A DNA stretch of 64,000 nucleotides from a virus, in the IMG/VR virus record IMGVR_UViG_3300034651_000084; one strand, given 5' to 3'. How positions within the stretch are numbered: the stretch's first letter is position 1; every line of letters begins with the position of its first letter. Shown here one piece after another: positions 19,110-27,615 of the stretch. Under the pieces are notes generated by a model. That model saw nothing but the letters and a program-made list of their open reading frames with translations, did not search any database and was not told the origin of the DNA. The translations under genes and the position numbers were made by a program.

Positions 19110-21988
19110 TTACTTTACACCATGCAGAAGAAGAAAATTTTAATAAAAATGGCTATGGTGTTCTCGACGACCTTATTTTTGATAATGAGAAAGGCACTTG
19201 GGAGCTAAACGGCGAATTTAAAATATCGCTAGAGCTCCCGGCCATCACTCGTTTTACAGAACACATCAAAGAAAAAAACATTATCCAGGCGCCAGTGCCA
19301 TTTATGGACAGGCAGCGTTTTAGAATATATCGAGTTGAAAAAACTTTAGATTCTATTTTTGTAGAAGCAAAACATACCTTTTATGATTTATTAGATAATT
19401 GGATTGAAGACACGAACATCGTAGGTCAAAACGGCCATTTAGCTATACAACAATTATTGAACAGAACACAATACCCGCATCCTTTTACGGGGTCATCGAA
19501 TATGAACAACAGAGCCAATGCTCGTATGGTGCGAATGAACCCTGTTGAAGCGATTTTAGACGATGGTAAGGCAAATACCTTCATTAGTCGTTGGGGCGGT
19601 GAATTGGTGCGAGATAACCACTCAATTGAGATGTTAGAGCGCCGCGGGAGCGATAGAGGTATCGTTATCGAACACCGGAAAGACTTACTTGGTTACAATG
19701 CAACAATCGACACTTCAACGATTGTCACAAGGATTCACCCAGTAGGTTTTGATGGATTAACCCTTCCGGAAAAGTACATTGATAGCCCCAAAATGGATCC
19801 GCAACATCCTGTTATTAAAGAAATTAAATACAGCGATGTAAAGGCTGCTGTGGGTGAACATGCTGGTGATGAGGATGCTATTCCGTTAACACAAGCTTAT
19901 GACGAATTGCGGCGATTAGCACGCGAAGAATTTTCTGTTCATAATGCAGATGAACCAGAAACAACAATTAACGTTGACTTTGTAGCTTTACACAACACTG
20001 AACAATATAAAAAGTACAGCCATTTGCAAGAAGTTAAAGCAGGCGACACCGTTCATGTCGAAGCGCCAATGCATGAATTTGAAATTACAAGTCGTTTAGT
20101 TGCTTTTGAGTGGAGTTTATTAAGAAACAATCATTACACAAGTACCACTTTAGGAAATCATGTTTATGAATTTACATCAAACAATACACAAGTTGACGAT
20201 TTAAGGCGCGAAATTGATGAGAATAGGCAGCAGACCATCGTGGCTATTCGCTCAGCCAATAAACGAAATACAAACTATTACGGAACGATACATCCAAATG
20301 ATGCTGACATCAACGCACGTGAAGGTGACCTTTACTATTGGGAAAACGGCGAGGAAACAACATTCTTTATTTACACTGAAAAAGATGGTGAATTGTATTG
20401 GCGTGAAGTTGTCTCTACAGCCGTCAATCAAGAGATTGAAAGACGTTTGGAAGAAGCGAAAGAACTTGCTGAAAAAGCTCAAACTGCAGCAGATGATAAC
20501 CGAAAACGTGTTGATGATGCACTAGGTCGCATTGATGTAAACGTGGATGCATTAGAAACGCACGACGATTTGATTAGTGAAGCAAGAGGTATTGCAGAAG
20601 GTGCAAGAGACCAAGCTGAGAACATCATCAATAATAGCGGGACGGTCTTAGGTTTAGATGACATTAATAGTGCCATCGATGATATCAAAGACCCAACAAG
20701 CAACACTTGGCGCGATATTTTAGCCAGTAGTAGCGGTCATTTGGTGCAATACACGGAAGAAAATAACCAAGAAGTTTTAAGTAGTGCATCAACTCAAACA
20801 GCTAATCAAATAACCGATGCACTGACTAGTTACGTTGAAGAGTCTACGCTTGATGGTGAGCTTACAGAGCTTCATACAAATATAACCACTGAAACATCTG
20901 AATTAATTAATACCACACTCACAGATTACGCAAGACATACTGATTTAAATGATTTTGTTACCGAAGAAATCATGTCCAATGAAATTGAATCGACTGCTGA
21001 AGACACGCGCCAATTAATCACAAACATTAAAAATGACCCAGCAGGCGAATTGGTAGGCTACAACGAGATTATTAACACGGTGGACAAACACACGCAAACA
21101 ATCGGAAGTGACGGCGGAAGCATTGCACAAAAAGTAATGTCTGAGGAATTGTTTAGAGAAAGTGTTACAAATCCTCTGAACGAAACGTCAACAACCGTTG
21201 ATCAAATAAGTGATTCATGGGCACTGGCACTTACAAGTGGTGATGATATCGTTACAGAGATTAATGCGACAACAAGCGGTGCGCGTATCGCTGGGAAAAA
21301 TATTATCTTAGATGGTGATGTATTTGTTCGTGGTACGTTTACGGTTACGGACGAAGTGTTCGCTGAAGAAATGAATATCAGTAAATTTACAACTGGAACA
21401 CTAAATGCTGCAGAAGTTAATTTAATCAATGTGAATGCTAAAAATATTGCGGGTGAAAATGCCAACTTAATTCGAGCAAGTTTTAATGCTATGGATAGTT
21501 ATTTAACTATTGATGGTGTAGGTTTACGAATAGATTCAACGTATTCCTGGGACTTAGAACTGAATAATTATGGAATACAGGTAAAACTGGAAGATTCCTG
21601 GCGAAGTGCTATGGGGCGTTTTGGGGGCATCACTGAGTTAGTAGACCAAAATGCCGCAGTGGGCGTGGGAATGATTGCTAATCGAGGATCCAAAGCAGTT
21701 ATTGGTTTTGGTTCTACTGAAGAGGAGCCTTTTTATCATGAAGCGGCAATTAGTGTAGATGGGACTACCGGAGCTATACAAGTATTAGGTAACACTGAGA
21801 TTATTGTTGGTCCTACAACCTCTCAGGGTAATCGTTTTAGAATAGTTAACGAAGACGCTACTTATGTTGGTTTAGAAGCTGCAAATGGTCAAAGTGGTAT
21901 TTATTTAGGTGACAATGGTCAAATATTAGTTAGAGTACATGGCTCAAGAATGACGTTACAGGAATATATCTATATGCATCAGTACTAA
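19094..21988 (+). CDS. Tail-associated lysin / tail tip protein (prophage endopeptidase-tail family)
   Basis: NKNGYGVL and ELNGEFKISLE N-terminus, SRWGGELVRDN, long helical/fibrous C-terminus. Confidence 0.85.
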   Translation: MVLALITLHHAEEENFNKNGYGVLDDLIFDNEKGTWELNGEFKISLELPAITRFTEHIKEKNIIQAPVPFMDRQRFRIYRVEKTLDSIFVEAKHTFYDLLDNWIEDTNIVGQNGHLAIQQLLNRTQYPHPFTGSSNMNNRANARMVRMNPVEAILDDGKANTFISRWGGELVRDNHSIEMLERRGSDRGIVIEHRKDLLGYNATIDTSTIVTRIHPVGFDGLTLPEKYIDSPKMDPQHPVIKEIKYSDVKAAVGEHAGDEDAIPLTQAYDELRRLAREEFSVHNADEPETTINVDFVALHNTEQYKKYSHLQEVKAGDTVHVEAPMHEFEITSRLVAFEWSLLRNNHYTSTTLGNHVYEFTSNNTQVDDLRREIDENRQQTIVAIRSANKRNTNYYGTIHPNDADINAREGDLYYWENGEETTFFIYTEKDGELYWREVVSTAVNQEIERRLEEAKELAEKAQTAADDNRKRVDDALGRIDVNVDALETHDDLISEARGIAEGARDQAENIINNSGTVLGLDDINSAIDDIKDPTSNTWRDILASSSGHLVQYTEENNQEVLSSASTQTANQITDALTSYVEESTLDGELTELHTNITTETSELINTTLTDYARHTDLNDFVTEEIMSNEIESTAEDTRQLITNIKNDPAGELVGYNEIINTVDKHTQTIGSDGGSIAQKVMSEELFRESVTNPLNETSTTVDQISDSWALALTSGDDIVTEINATTSGARIAGKNIILDGDVFVRGTFTVTDEVFAEEMNISKFTTGTLNAAEVNLINVNAKNIAGENANLIRASFNAMDSYLTIDGVGLRIDSTYSWDLELNNYGIQVKLEDSWRSAMGRFGGITELVDQNAAVGVGMIANRGSKAVIGFGSTEEEPFYHEAAISVDGTTGAIQVLGNTEIIVGPTTSQGNRFRIVNEDATYVGLEAANGQSGIYLGDNGQILVRVHGSRMTLQEYIYMHQY

Positions 21989-21997
21989 ATAAGGGGT

Positions 21998-22189
21998 GTG
22001 GAAATGAACGAAACAGCAGTAAGTAGAGTAATTGAAAGTTACGCGGTTGAAAATGCACAGAATCGCGTTCAAATTGCGACGTTACAAGAAAAATTAAAAG
22101 AAGCACAAAAGGAATTAAACGAACTGAAGCAGGTTAATGAAAAAGAAGATGAAAAAAACATCAAAGAAAGCGGTCAGAAAAGAGGGTAA
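21998..22189 (+). CDS. Small coiled-coil phage protein
   Basis: 63 aa, heptad-rich, AAGGGG RBS. Confidence 0.65.
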   Translation: MEMNETAVSRVIESYAVENAQNRVQIATLQEKLKEAQKELNELKQVNEKEDEKNIKESGQKRG

Positions 22190-22193
22190 ATAA

Positions 22194-24032
22194 ATGAGTT
22201 TTAATAAGTTTAATAAAGTAGAAATCATTTTAAGGGACGCAAATGAACCGATTTTAAGAAAGCTCTTTGCCAAAGAAGGTGACTACAATGGCCGTGAATT
22301 GCAAGTAAAAATTATTGATGGGGGTGCAGTAAAAGATTTAAGTAACTTATCTTTGCGGCTGTATTGGAAACACCTAAATATGAAAAATCAAGGGATTGAA
22401 CCGTTTGATGCGACTGATGCAAGCAAAGGCGTTTTTGAAGTAACATACCCTAATAATATGATGAATGAGGGGAATGTGCTTGTTTGGATACAAATATATA
22501 ACAACGACACATTGATAGGGACTCCTAATACAATCATTGAAGTCGAGGGGTCTGGATTTGATGCAGTAGCCGCTGTAGCGAGCGATGATTATAAAGCATT
22601 GAACGATGCCTTATTGCGAGTAGAACACATTGAAGGCAATGAACAAGACCGTCAAGAAACCTTTGAAACGAATGAAACATCCAGAGAAAATACGTTCGAA
22701 AGTAACGAGGACACACGCCAAAGTAATGAAAATACCCGCATCAGTAACGAAAACACTCGCAAATCAAATGAGATTGATCGTGAACAAGCCGAGAGCCAAC
22801 GGCAATCTGATTACCAACAAGCAGAATCGGACAGAACCAGTGATTATGAACAAGCTGAAAACAATCGAGATAGTCAGTATCAAACAGCAGAAAATGCACG
22901 AGAATCTGAATTTGAACAACGCGCGAACGCTATGGAAGAACAATATCCGGAACGCTTAAATAACATTGAAGAAGAATTAAGAGCGCCAATCATGGGTGTC
23001 GAATGGGACAAATCATCCAATCCGACCATGACACGCATAGGAATTTCTGAGGGGTTAATCGCGAATATTGGCATTGGCAATGAAAGAGTACGCAATGATT
23101 TTGATAACATGCCAATTTATCGAGAAATTATTCGAGAAGTCGACAACTTGGGAAATGTGTTTGTGCGTATACCGAAGTTTTACATTAGAAAAACAATTGC
23201 ATCAGATTTTTACCGTTTAGAAATCTCAAAAGAGAAACTAAGCGGTTTTTATTTGCCTTATTTGTTTTGGGATTTTGATAAAAACCAAGAACTAAATTAT
23301 GCATATTATGGAGCACACGAAGCGAGTTTATCGTCAGATGGTCAGCGATTAGAATCAAAACCAGGCGTACAACCGCTAGCTAGTAACAACATTGTCCAGT
23401 TTAGAGATTTTGCAAGAGCAAATGGTAAGGGTTATCAACAAAATGATGTGCACGCTATTGATGTTTTACGAGCGCTTTTTCATGTTGAGTTCGCAACATT
23501 GCATTCACAATCGATTCATCCAGGATTTACTTCTGGAAATAGCGAGCCCGGCATTGCTGGAACAACAGATGACGTCGTTGCCTCAAGCGGTGCGGTGGGT
23601 ACTGGTGGAAGCGACCCGTTTATGTACCGCGGAATTGAAAATCCTTGGGGGTCTGTTTATGAATGGGTTGACGGAATTAACGTTAACAACCATCAAGCTT
23701 GGGTGGCTAAAAACGCAGAAGATTATACAAGTAATGTTTTTACATCGCCTTACGAACAACTAGGCTACGTAAATCACAATTCAAACACATGGGTTACTGA
23801 AATGGGATACGACGACACGTTGCCATTTGCCGAATTCCCGGTGGCTGGCGGCGGTAGTACTAATACTTATTACGCAGACCACTACTATCAAAACTCGGGG
23901 CAGCGTGTTGCTCGGTTCGGTGGTTACTGGTCGACTGGCTCGGCTGCTGGCCTTTCGTTATGGAACCTGTCCGCTGGCTCGGCGCGTGCGAACTCGTACG
24001 TCGGCGGGCGGCTTCTTAAAAAGCCTCTTTGA
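22194..24032 (+). CDS. Receptor-binding protein and DGR target: BppU-like N-terminus, coiled-coil stalk, C-terminal CLec (Mtd/FGE-sulfatase-like) domain
   Basis: GDYNGRELQVKI N-terminus; 7/11-residue repeats; GIENPWGSVYEWVDG and RFGGYW...GGRLLK CLec motifs; VR at the 3' end. Confidence 0.9.
   Translation: MSFNKFNKVEIILRDANEPILRKLFAKEGDYNGRELQVKIIDGGAVKDLSNLSLRLYWKHLNMKNQGIEPFDATDASKGVFEVTYPNNMMNEGNVLVWIQIYNNDTLIGTPNTIIEVEGSGFDAVAAVASDDYKALNDALLRVEHIEGNEQDRQETFETNETSRENTFESNEDTRQSNENTRISNENTRKSNEIDREQAESQRQSDYQQAESDRTSDYEQAENNRDSQYQTAENARESEFEQRANAMEEQYPERLNNIEEELRAPIMGVEWDKSSNPTMTRIGISEGLIANIGIGNERVRNDFDNMPIYREIIREVDNLGNVFVRIPKFYIRKTIASDFYRLEISKEKLSGFYLPYLFWDFDKNQELNYAYYGAHEASLSSDGQRLESKPGVQPLASNNIVQFRDFARANGKGYQQNDVHAIDVLRALFHVEFATLHSQSIHPGFTSGNSEPGIAGTTDDVVASSGAVGTGGSDPFMYRGIENPWGSVYEWVDGINVNNHQAWVAKNAEDYTSNVFTSPYEQLGYVNHNSNTWVTEMGYDDTLPFAEFPVAGGGSTNTYYADHYYQNSGQRVARFGGYWSTGSAAGLSLWNLSAGSARANSYVGGRLLKKPL
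23908..24011 (+). repeat. DGR variable repeat (VR)
   Basis: 104 nt matching 24113-24216 with 16 mismatches, all at TR adenines. Confidence 0.97.
24002..24032 (+). promoter_or_regulatory. G/C run and IMH (initiation of mutagenic homing) region
   Basis: An 11-nt G/C run (CGGCGGGCGGC) then TTCTTAAAAAG; the TR counterpart CAGACTCTTATT shows the first non-adenine differences. Confidence 0.7.
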
Positions 24033-24039
24033 GGGGGTT

Positions 24040-24061
24040 TTAGGGGGACACATCCCCCTAA
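24040..24061. other. DGR target-recognition DNA hairpin/cruciform
   Basis: Perfect 9-bp stem TTAGGGGGA / TCCCCCTAA with a 4-nt loop CACA, 7 nt after the target stop. Confidence 0.85.
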
Positions 24062-24093
24062 TAGAACTTAAACAAAAAACAACTTTCAAAAAT

Positions 24094-24365
24094 AGGGCTA
24101 TGGAGTGCGCGCTTGCTCAGTTCGGTGGTAACTGGTCGAATGGCTCGAATGCTGGCCTTTCGTTATGGAACCTGAACAATGGCTCGACGAATGCGAACTC
24201 GAACATCGGCAGGCAGACTCTTATTAATAGCATAATTTTATATTTATATTGCACTCTATAATCCTTACCCCTTGGTAAAAATTAGACCGTAAAGAGCAAG
24301 GTGTAGTAGGTTAACTCTCGAACCACCTTGAGGTTAATAAGAAAATTCAGAAAGACTGTGAGTAA
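24094..24365 (+). ncRNA. Putative DGR template RNA (5' flank, TR, spacer)
   Basis: AGGGCTATGGAGTGC (24094-24108) pairs with GCACTCTATAATCCT (24251-24265), enclosing the TR. Confidence 0.6.
24113..24216 (+). repeat. DGR template repeat (TR)
   Basis: 24 adenines, 18 of them in nine AAC/AAT codons; non-coding copy between target and RT. Confidence 0.97.
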
Positions 24366-25457
24366 ATGAAACGCATTGGTTATATTTATGAAAATATTTA
24401 TGACATAGACAATATTAAAGAAGCGATTTACAAAGCATCTGAAGAAAAGCGAGAACATGAACACGTTAAGCAAGTGTTAAGCAACATTGAGCATTACGCA
24501 TATCGAGTTCACTTGCTAATCAAGAACAAAGAATATGTTCCAACGAAGCCAAAAATAAAAACAATCCAAGATACTTCAAATGGAAAGGTTCGTGTTATTT
24601 ATCAACCAAATTTTTTCCCAGATCAAATTATCCATTGGTCGTTAATGTTACAAATCCAACCAATTATTATGCGTGGTATGTACGCTTATAGTTGTGGAAG
24701 TGTTCCGAATCGTGGAACAACATACGCACAAGATACTATTCGCAAGTGGTTAGACAATGATATTAGAAACACAAAATACTGCTTAAAAATGGATATTAAG
24801 AAGTTTTATCCGTCAATTTCAAACGAACTTTTGAAAAGGATGTTTGAGCGCAAGATAAAAGATAAAGATTGTCTTTGGCTAATCAATACTATTATTGACC
24901 ACAATGATGGTCAACCGATTGGATTTTATACAAGCCAGTGGTTTGCGAATTTCTTTTTAGAAGGAATGGACCATTATATAAAAGAGAAACTAGGTGTTAA
25001 GTATTATGTTCGATATGTGGACGATTTGGTGTTGTTTGGCAGCAATAAACGGAAATTGCACCGCGTAAGAAAAGAAGTAGATCGTTATACAAAAGGTATT
25101 GAATTGAAAATAAAAGATAACTGGCAAGTCTTTCGGGTGGATAAAAGAGATCTAGACTTTTTGGGTGTGCGCTTTTATCGCAACAAAACAACCCTCAGAA
25201 GTCGAAACGCTTTGCGAATTCGTAGGCGTGTCAAAAAGATTAAAAAGAAAGGCTACTTGAATGATAAAGATGCTGCGGCAATCTTGTCATATTGGGGGTG
25301 GATTAAGCGCACAGATAGTTATAGCTTTTACCATAAATACGTGAAGCCGGTAGTACCTATTCATTTAGCCAGAAAGGTTGTGAGTATAAATGCCAAAATT
25401 CGGAATTATAACCGATGGAATCTTGAACACAAAAGAAAATATGTCGCCCGGCTATAA
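24366..25457 (+). CDS. DGR reverse transcriptase
   Basis: LKMDIKKFYPSI, GQPIGFYTSQWFAN (DGR-type SQ motif) and YVRYVDD; no maturase X or endonuclease domain. Confidence 0.97.
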   Translation: MKRIGYIYENIYDIDNIKEAIYKASEEKREHEHVKQVLSNIEHYAYRVHLLIKNKEYVPTKPKIKTIQDTSNGKVRVIYQPNFFPDQIIHWSLMLQIQPIIMRGMYAYSCGSVPNRGTTYAQDTIRKWLDNDIRNTKYCLKMDIKKFYPSISNELLKRMFERKIKDKDCLWLINTIIDHNDGQPIGFYTSQWFANFFLEGMDHYIKEKLGVKYYVRYVDDLVLFGSNKRKLHRVRKEVDRYTKGIELKIKDNWQVFRVDKRDLDFLGVRFYRNKTTLRSRNALRIRRRVKKIKKKGYLNDKDAAAILSYWGWIKRTDSYSFYHKYVKPVVPIHLARKVVSINAKIRNYNRWNLEHKRKYVARL

Positions 25458-25635
25458 ACCATTACATTATGAAGAAATACCCAAAGATTTTGACCAACAA
25501 ACGCACTATATTGTAGAAAAAGACCCAGTCGACAAGCAAGACCACATTTTTATAGCCATCGATATCAAGGAGCTAGAAATAGATGATGAAGAAAACTTTG
25601 AATACTGGGAAGAGGGTCACGTTGGAAATCATTAG
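25390..25635 (+). CDS. Small acidic phage protein (tail-module accessory); overlaps the RT 3' end by 68 nt
   Basis: 81-aa ORF; position typical of small genes after receptor-binding proteins. Confidence 0.7.
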   Translation: MPKFGIITDGILNTKENMSPGYKPLHYEEIPKDFDQQTHYIVEKDPVDKQDHIFIAIDIKELEIDDEENFEYWEEGHVGNH

Positions 25636-25750
25636 CGAATTATTTATAACCATTGATAAGCAGAACGAACTGATTAAAGAATTAACAGAAAAAGTGATTG
25701 AGCAAGATCAAATTATTGAGCAAATGTTTGACGAAAAAGCTGCAGAGTAA
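25622..25750 (+). CDS. Small coiled-coil protein, 42 aa
   Basis: GAAGAGGG RBS, TTG start, MEIISELFITIDKQNELIKELTEKVIEQDQIIEQMFDEKAAE. Confidence 0.65.
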   Translation: MEIISELFITIDKQNELIKELTEKVIEQDQIIEQMFDEKAAE

Positions 25751-25784
25751 TCGGCTTTGCTGAAAATTTAGAAAGGAGTGAGCG

Positions 25785-26129
25785 ATGATTGGTGAAATAT
25801 TAGCAAACATGGCTTCGTGGATTACGTCATTAACAGTTATAGGTGGTGCGCTAGTTTGGATTGTAAATGTAGTAATTGTAAAGCCAGCAGAAAAGAGAAT
25901 AAATAAATTTGAGCAAAATTTGCTAAAAAAACAAGAATTAAATCAAAAACCGCTAACTGAAGCCATCGACAAATTAAACGAGCTTTTAGATGAATCCCAA
26001 CGCGACAGAAAACTGTTACATGAAATTGCGGACGAAAATGTTAAAGCCATCGACATACATGAAGAACAATTCGAAGACCACGAAATCCGCATAACTGTTT
26101 TAGAAGATAGAGGGGGAAAAAGAAAATGA
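25785..26129 (+). CDS. Single-TM plus coiled-coil lysis-cassette protein (holin-associated)
   Basis: N-terminal hydrophobic helix, then coiled coil ending HEIRITVLE; AAAGGAG RBS. Confidence 0.65.
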   Translation: MIGEILANMASWITSLTVIGGALVWIVNVVIVKPAEKRINKFEQNLLKKQELNQKPLTEAIDKLNELLDESQRDRKLLHEIADENVKAIDIHEEQFEDHEIRITVLEDRGGKRK

Positions 26130-26347
26130 ATTTTACATTAACAAATAAACAATATGACGTTTTAAAATGGCTCATTTCGGTGGTTATTCCGGCGCTGATT
26201 GTGCTTTTAAGTGTCATCATGGGCGCACTAAATTGGGAACACACCGAAGTGTTTTTGACGATTGCAGTGGCGATTGAAACGTTCCTAGGCACGATTTTCA
26301 AAGTGTCTGATCACAACTACAAAAAGGAGTTAGATAATAATGGCTAA
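26126..26347 (+). CDS. Holin, Dp-1-like
   Basis: LTNKQYDVLKW...two TM helices...TFLGTIFKVS. Confidence 0.85.
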   Translation: MNFTLTNKQYDVLKWLISVVIPALIVLLSVIMGALNWEHTEVFLTIAVAIETFLGTIFKVSDHNYKKELDNNG

Positions 26348-26468
26348 AAAAGAAGTTGAAACAGTCGAGGACTTAATCAAAGAAATCGAAAAATCTGATG
26401 AAGGCATCGCGCTAGATGGCAAAGGTGAAGAAGAGGAACAAGAAAACGAAAAAGAGGATGATAAATAA
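26340..26468 (+). CDS. Highly acidic 42-aa peptide between holin and endolysin
   Basis: AAGGAG RBS; MAKKEVETVEDLIKEIEKSDEGIALDGKGEEEEQENEKEDDK; TAATG overlap with the lysin start. Confidence 0.7.
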   Translation: MAKKEVETVEDLIKEIEKSDEGIALDGKGEEEEQENEKEDDK

Positions 26469-27601
26469 TGGTACAAATTAAACAACAGTACGTACCAAGT
26501 AATAAACGAAACGCAACGTTTGGAACCGGAAACCCTCGCAAAAAAATGGTGGTTCATCAGACCGGAAACCGTGCAACTGGGGCAAATGCTCAAATGCACG
26601 CCGACCTACAAGCAAGGGGTTGGGGAGCGAGTTGGCATATTCAATCTGATGATAAAGAGATTATTCAATCGTGGCCACTAACGTATCGCTTATACCACGC
26701 TTCGACAGGCCGCGCTTCAAATGGTGGAAACTGGGTTGGTATCGGCTGGGAAATTTGTATCAACCAAGACGGTGATTATCTCAAAGCGTTAGACCTTGCA
26801 GCAGAAGGTATCGCACAAGTCATGAAACAAGAAGGTATTCCAATGAGTGGCTTGACTACACATAACGCAGAAGACCCTCGAAATAAATGGTGTCCAGCAC
26901 AAATTTTAAATGGTAAAGATGGTGTGAATTGGGCGACATTCAGGAGCATGGTACAAAGTTACTACAACGGCAAAACACCAACTCAACCAAAATCAAGTGG
27001 TAGTTCTTCAAGCGGGTCTAGTGGGTCATCAGTAGCTGGCGCTCGACTTGTTAAAAATGAAAATGCTTATTTCTTAGCGACTGAAAACATTAAGGTGCGT
27101 AATGCACCATCTACAAACGCAAGACACACAGGCACGTTGCCTAAAGGGTCTAGCATCAATTACCACAAAGTTTACGAGGGCAATGGTTATCGTTGGCTAC
27201 AATACACTGGTAACAGCGGGAACACGTTATATGTACCTTACAGACCTTCTAACGACATTAACAACCAATGGGGAACGTTCCACAGTACACGTCCGAGCAG
27301 CACCTCACCAAAACCTAAACCAAAACCTAAAGCTAAGAAATACCCATTGCCTAACGCGACTTATTGGGTAAAAAATCCGCCTTCTGCTAGATTTAACGGC
27401 AAGGGTGTCCGACAAGTACAAACGGCATTAGCTTCAATTCATTTTTATCCGAACAAAGGTGCAAAGAACAACGGTGTCGATGGTTGGTATGGGCCAGACA
27501 CTGCGGATGCTGTTCAAAGATTTCAATCAATGCACGGCTTGAAACAAGATGGATCTTACGGACCGGCAACAAAAAAAGTATTAGATAGAGAAGTTAATTA
27601 G
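26468..27601 (+). CDS. Endolysin: N-acetylmuramoyl-L-alanine amidase (Amidase_2) + SH3b + PG-binding domain
   Basis: VVHQTGN, SWH, IGWEIC, KWCP amidase motifs; Ser/Gly and PK linkers; SH3 (NIKVRNAPST...GYRWLQY); DGWYGPDTADAVQRFQ. Confidence 0.92.
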   Translation: MVQIKQQYVPSNKRNATFGTGNPRKKMVVHQTGNRATGANAQMHADLQARGWGASWHIQSDDKEIIQSWPLTYRLYHASTGRASNGGNWVGIGWEICINQDGDYLKALDLAAEGIAQVMKQEGIPMSGLTTHNAEDPRNKWCPAQILNGKDGVNWATFRSMVQSYYNGKTPTQPKSSGSSSSGSSGSSVAGARLVKNENAYFLATENIKVRNAPSTNARHTGTLPKGSSINYHKVYEGNGYRWLQYTGNSGNTLYVPYRPSNDINNQWGTFHSTRPSSTSPKPKPKPKAKKYPLPNATYWVKNPPSARFNGKGVRQVQTALASIHFYPNKGAKNNGVDGWYGPDTADAVQRFQSMHGLKQDGSYGPATKKVLDREVN

Positions 27602-27615
27602 ACTTTAAACAAATC

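Larger units (their letters stand above)
22194..25457 (+). mobile_element. Diversity-generating retroelement (target-VR-IMH-hairpin-TR-RT)
   Basis: VR/TR pair with adenine-only mismatches next to a DGR-class reverse transcriptase. Confidence 0.97.

Noticed and set aside
19094-21988. Additional VR targets in Tal or other tail genes
   Set aside because: No second TR-like segment found by eye; a mismatch-tolerant search would be needed to exclude one fully.
21998-22189. Candidate Avd among small ORFs (21998-22189, 25390-25635, 25622-25750)
   Set aside because: All are too short, acidic or simple coiled coils compared with the basic four-helix Avd fold. Not excluded without structure searches.
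23827-24261. 144-aa ORF running through VR, hairpin and TR
   Set aside because: It overlaps the target gene out of frame. Its open end reflects the stop-free AAY design of TR, and there is no convincing RBS or protein signature.
24366-25457. RT as a group II intron, retron or Abi RT
   Set aside because: No maturase or endonuclease domains, no intron boundaries or msr-msd, and the adjacent adenine-specific VR/TR pair defines it as a DGR RT.
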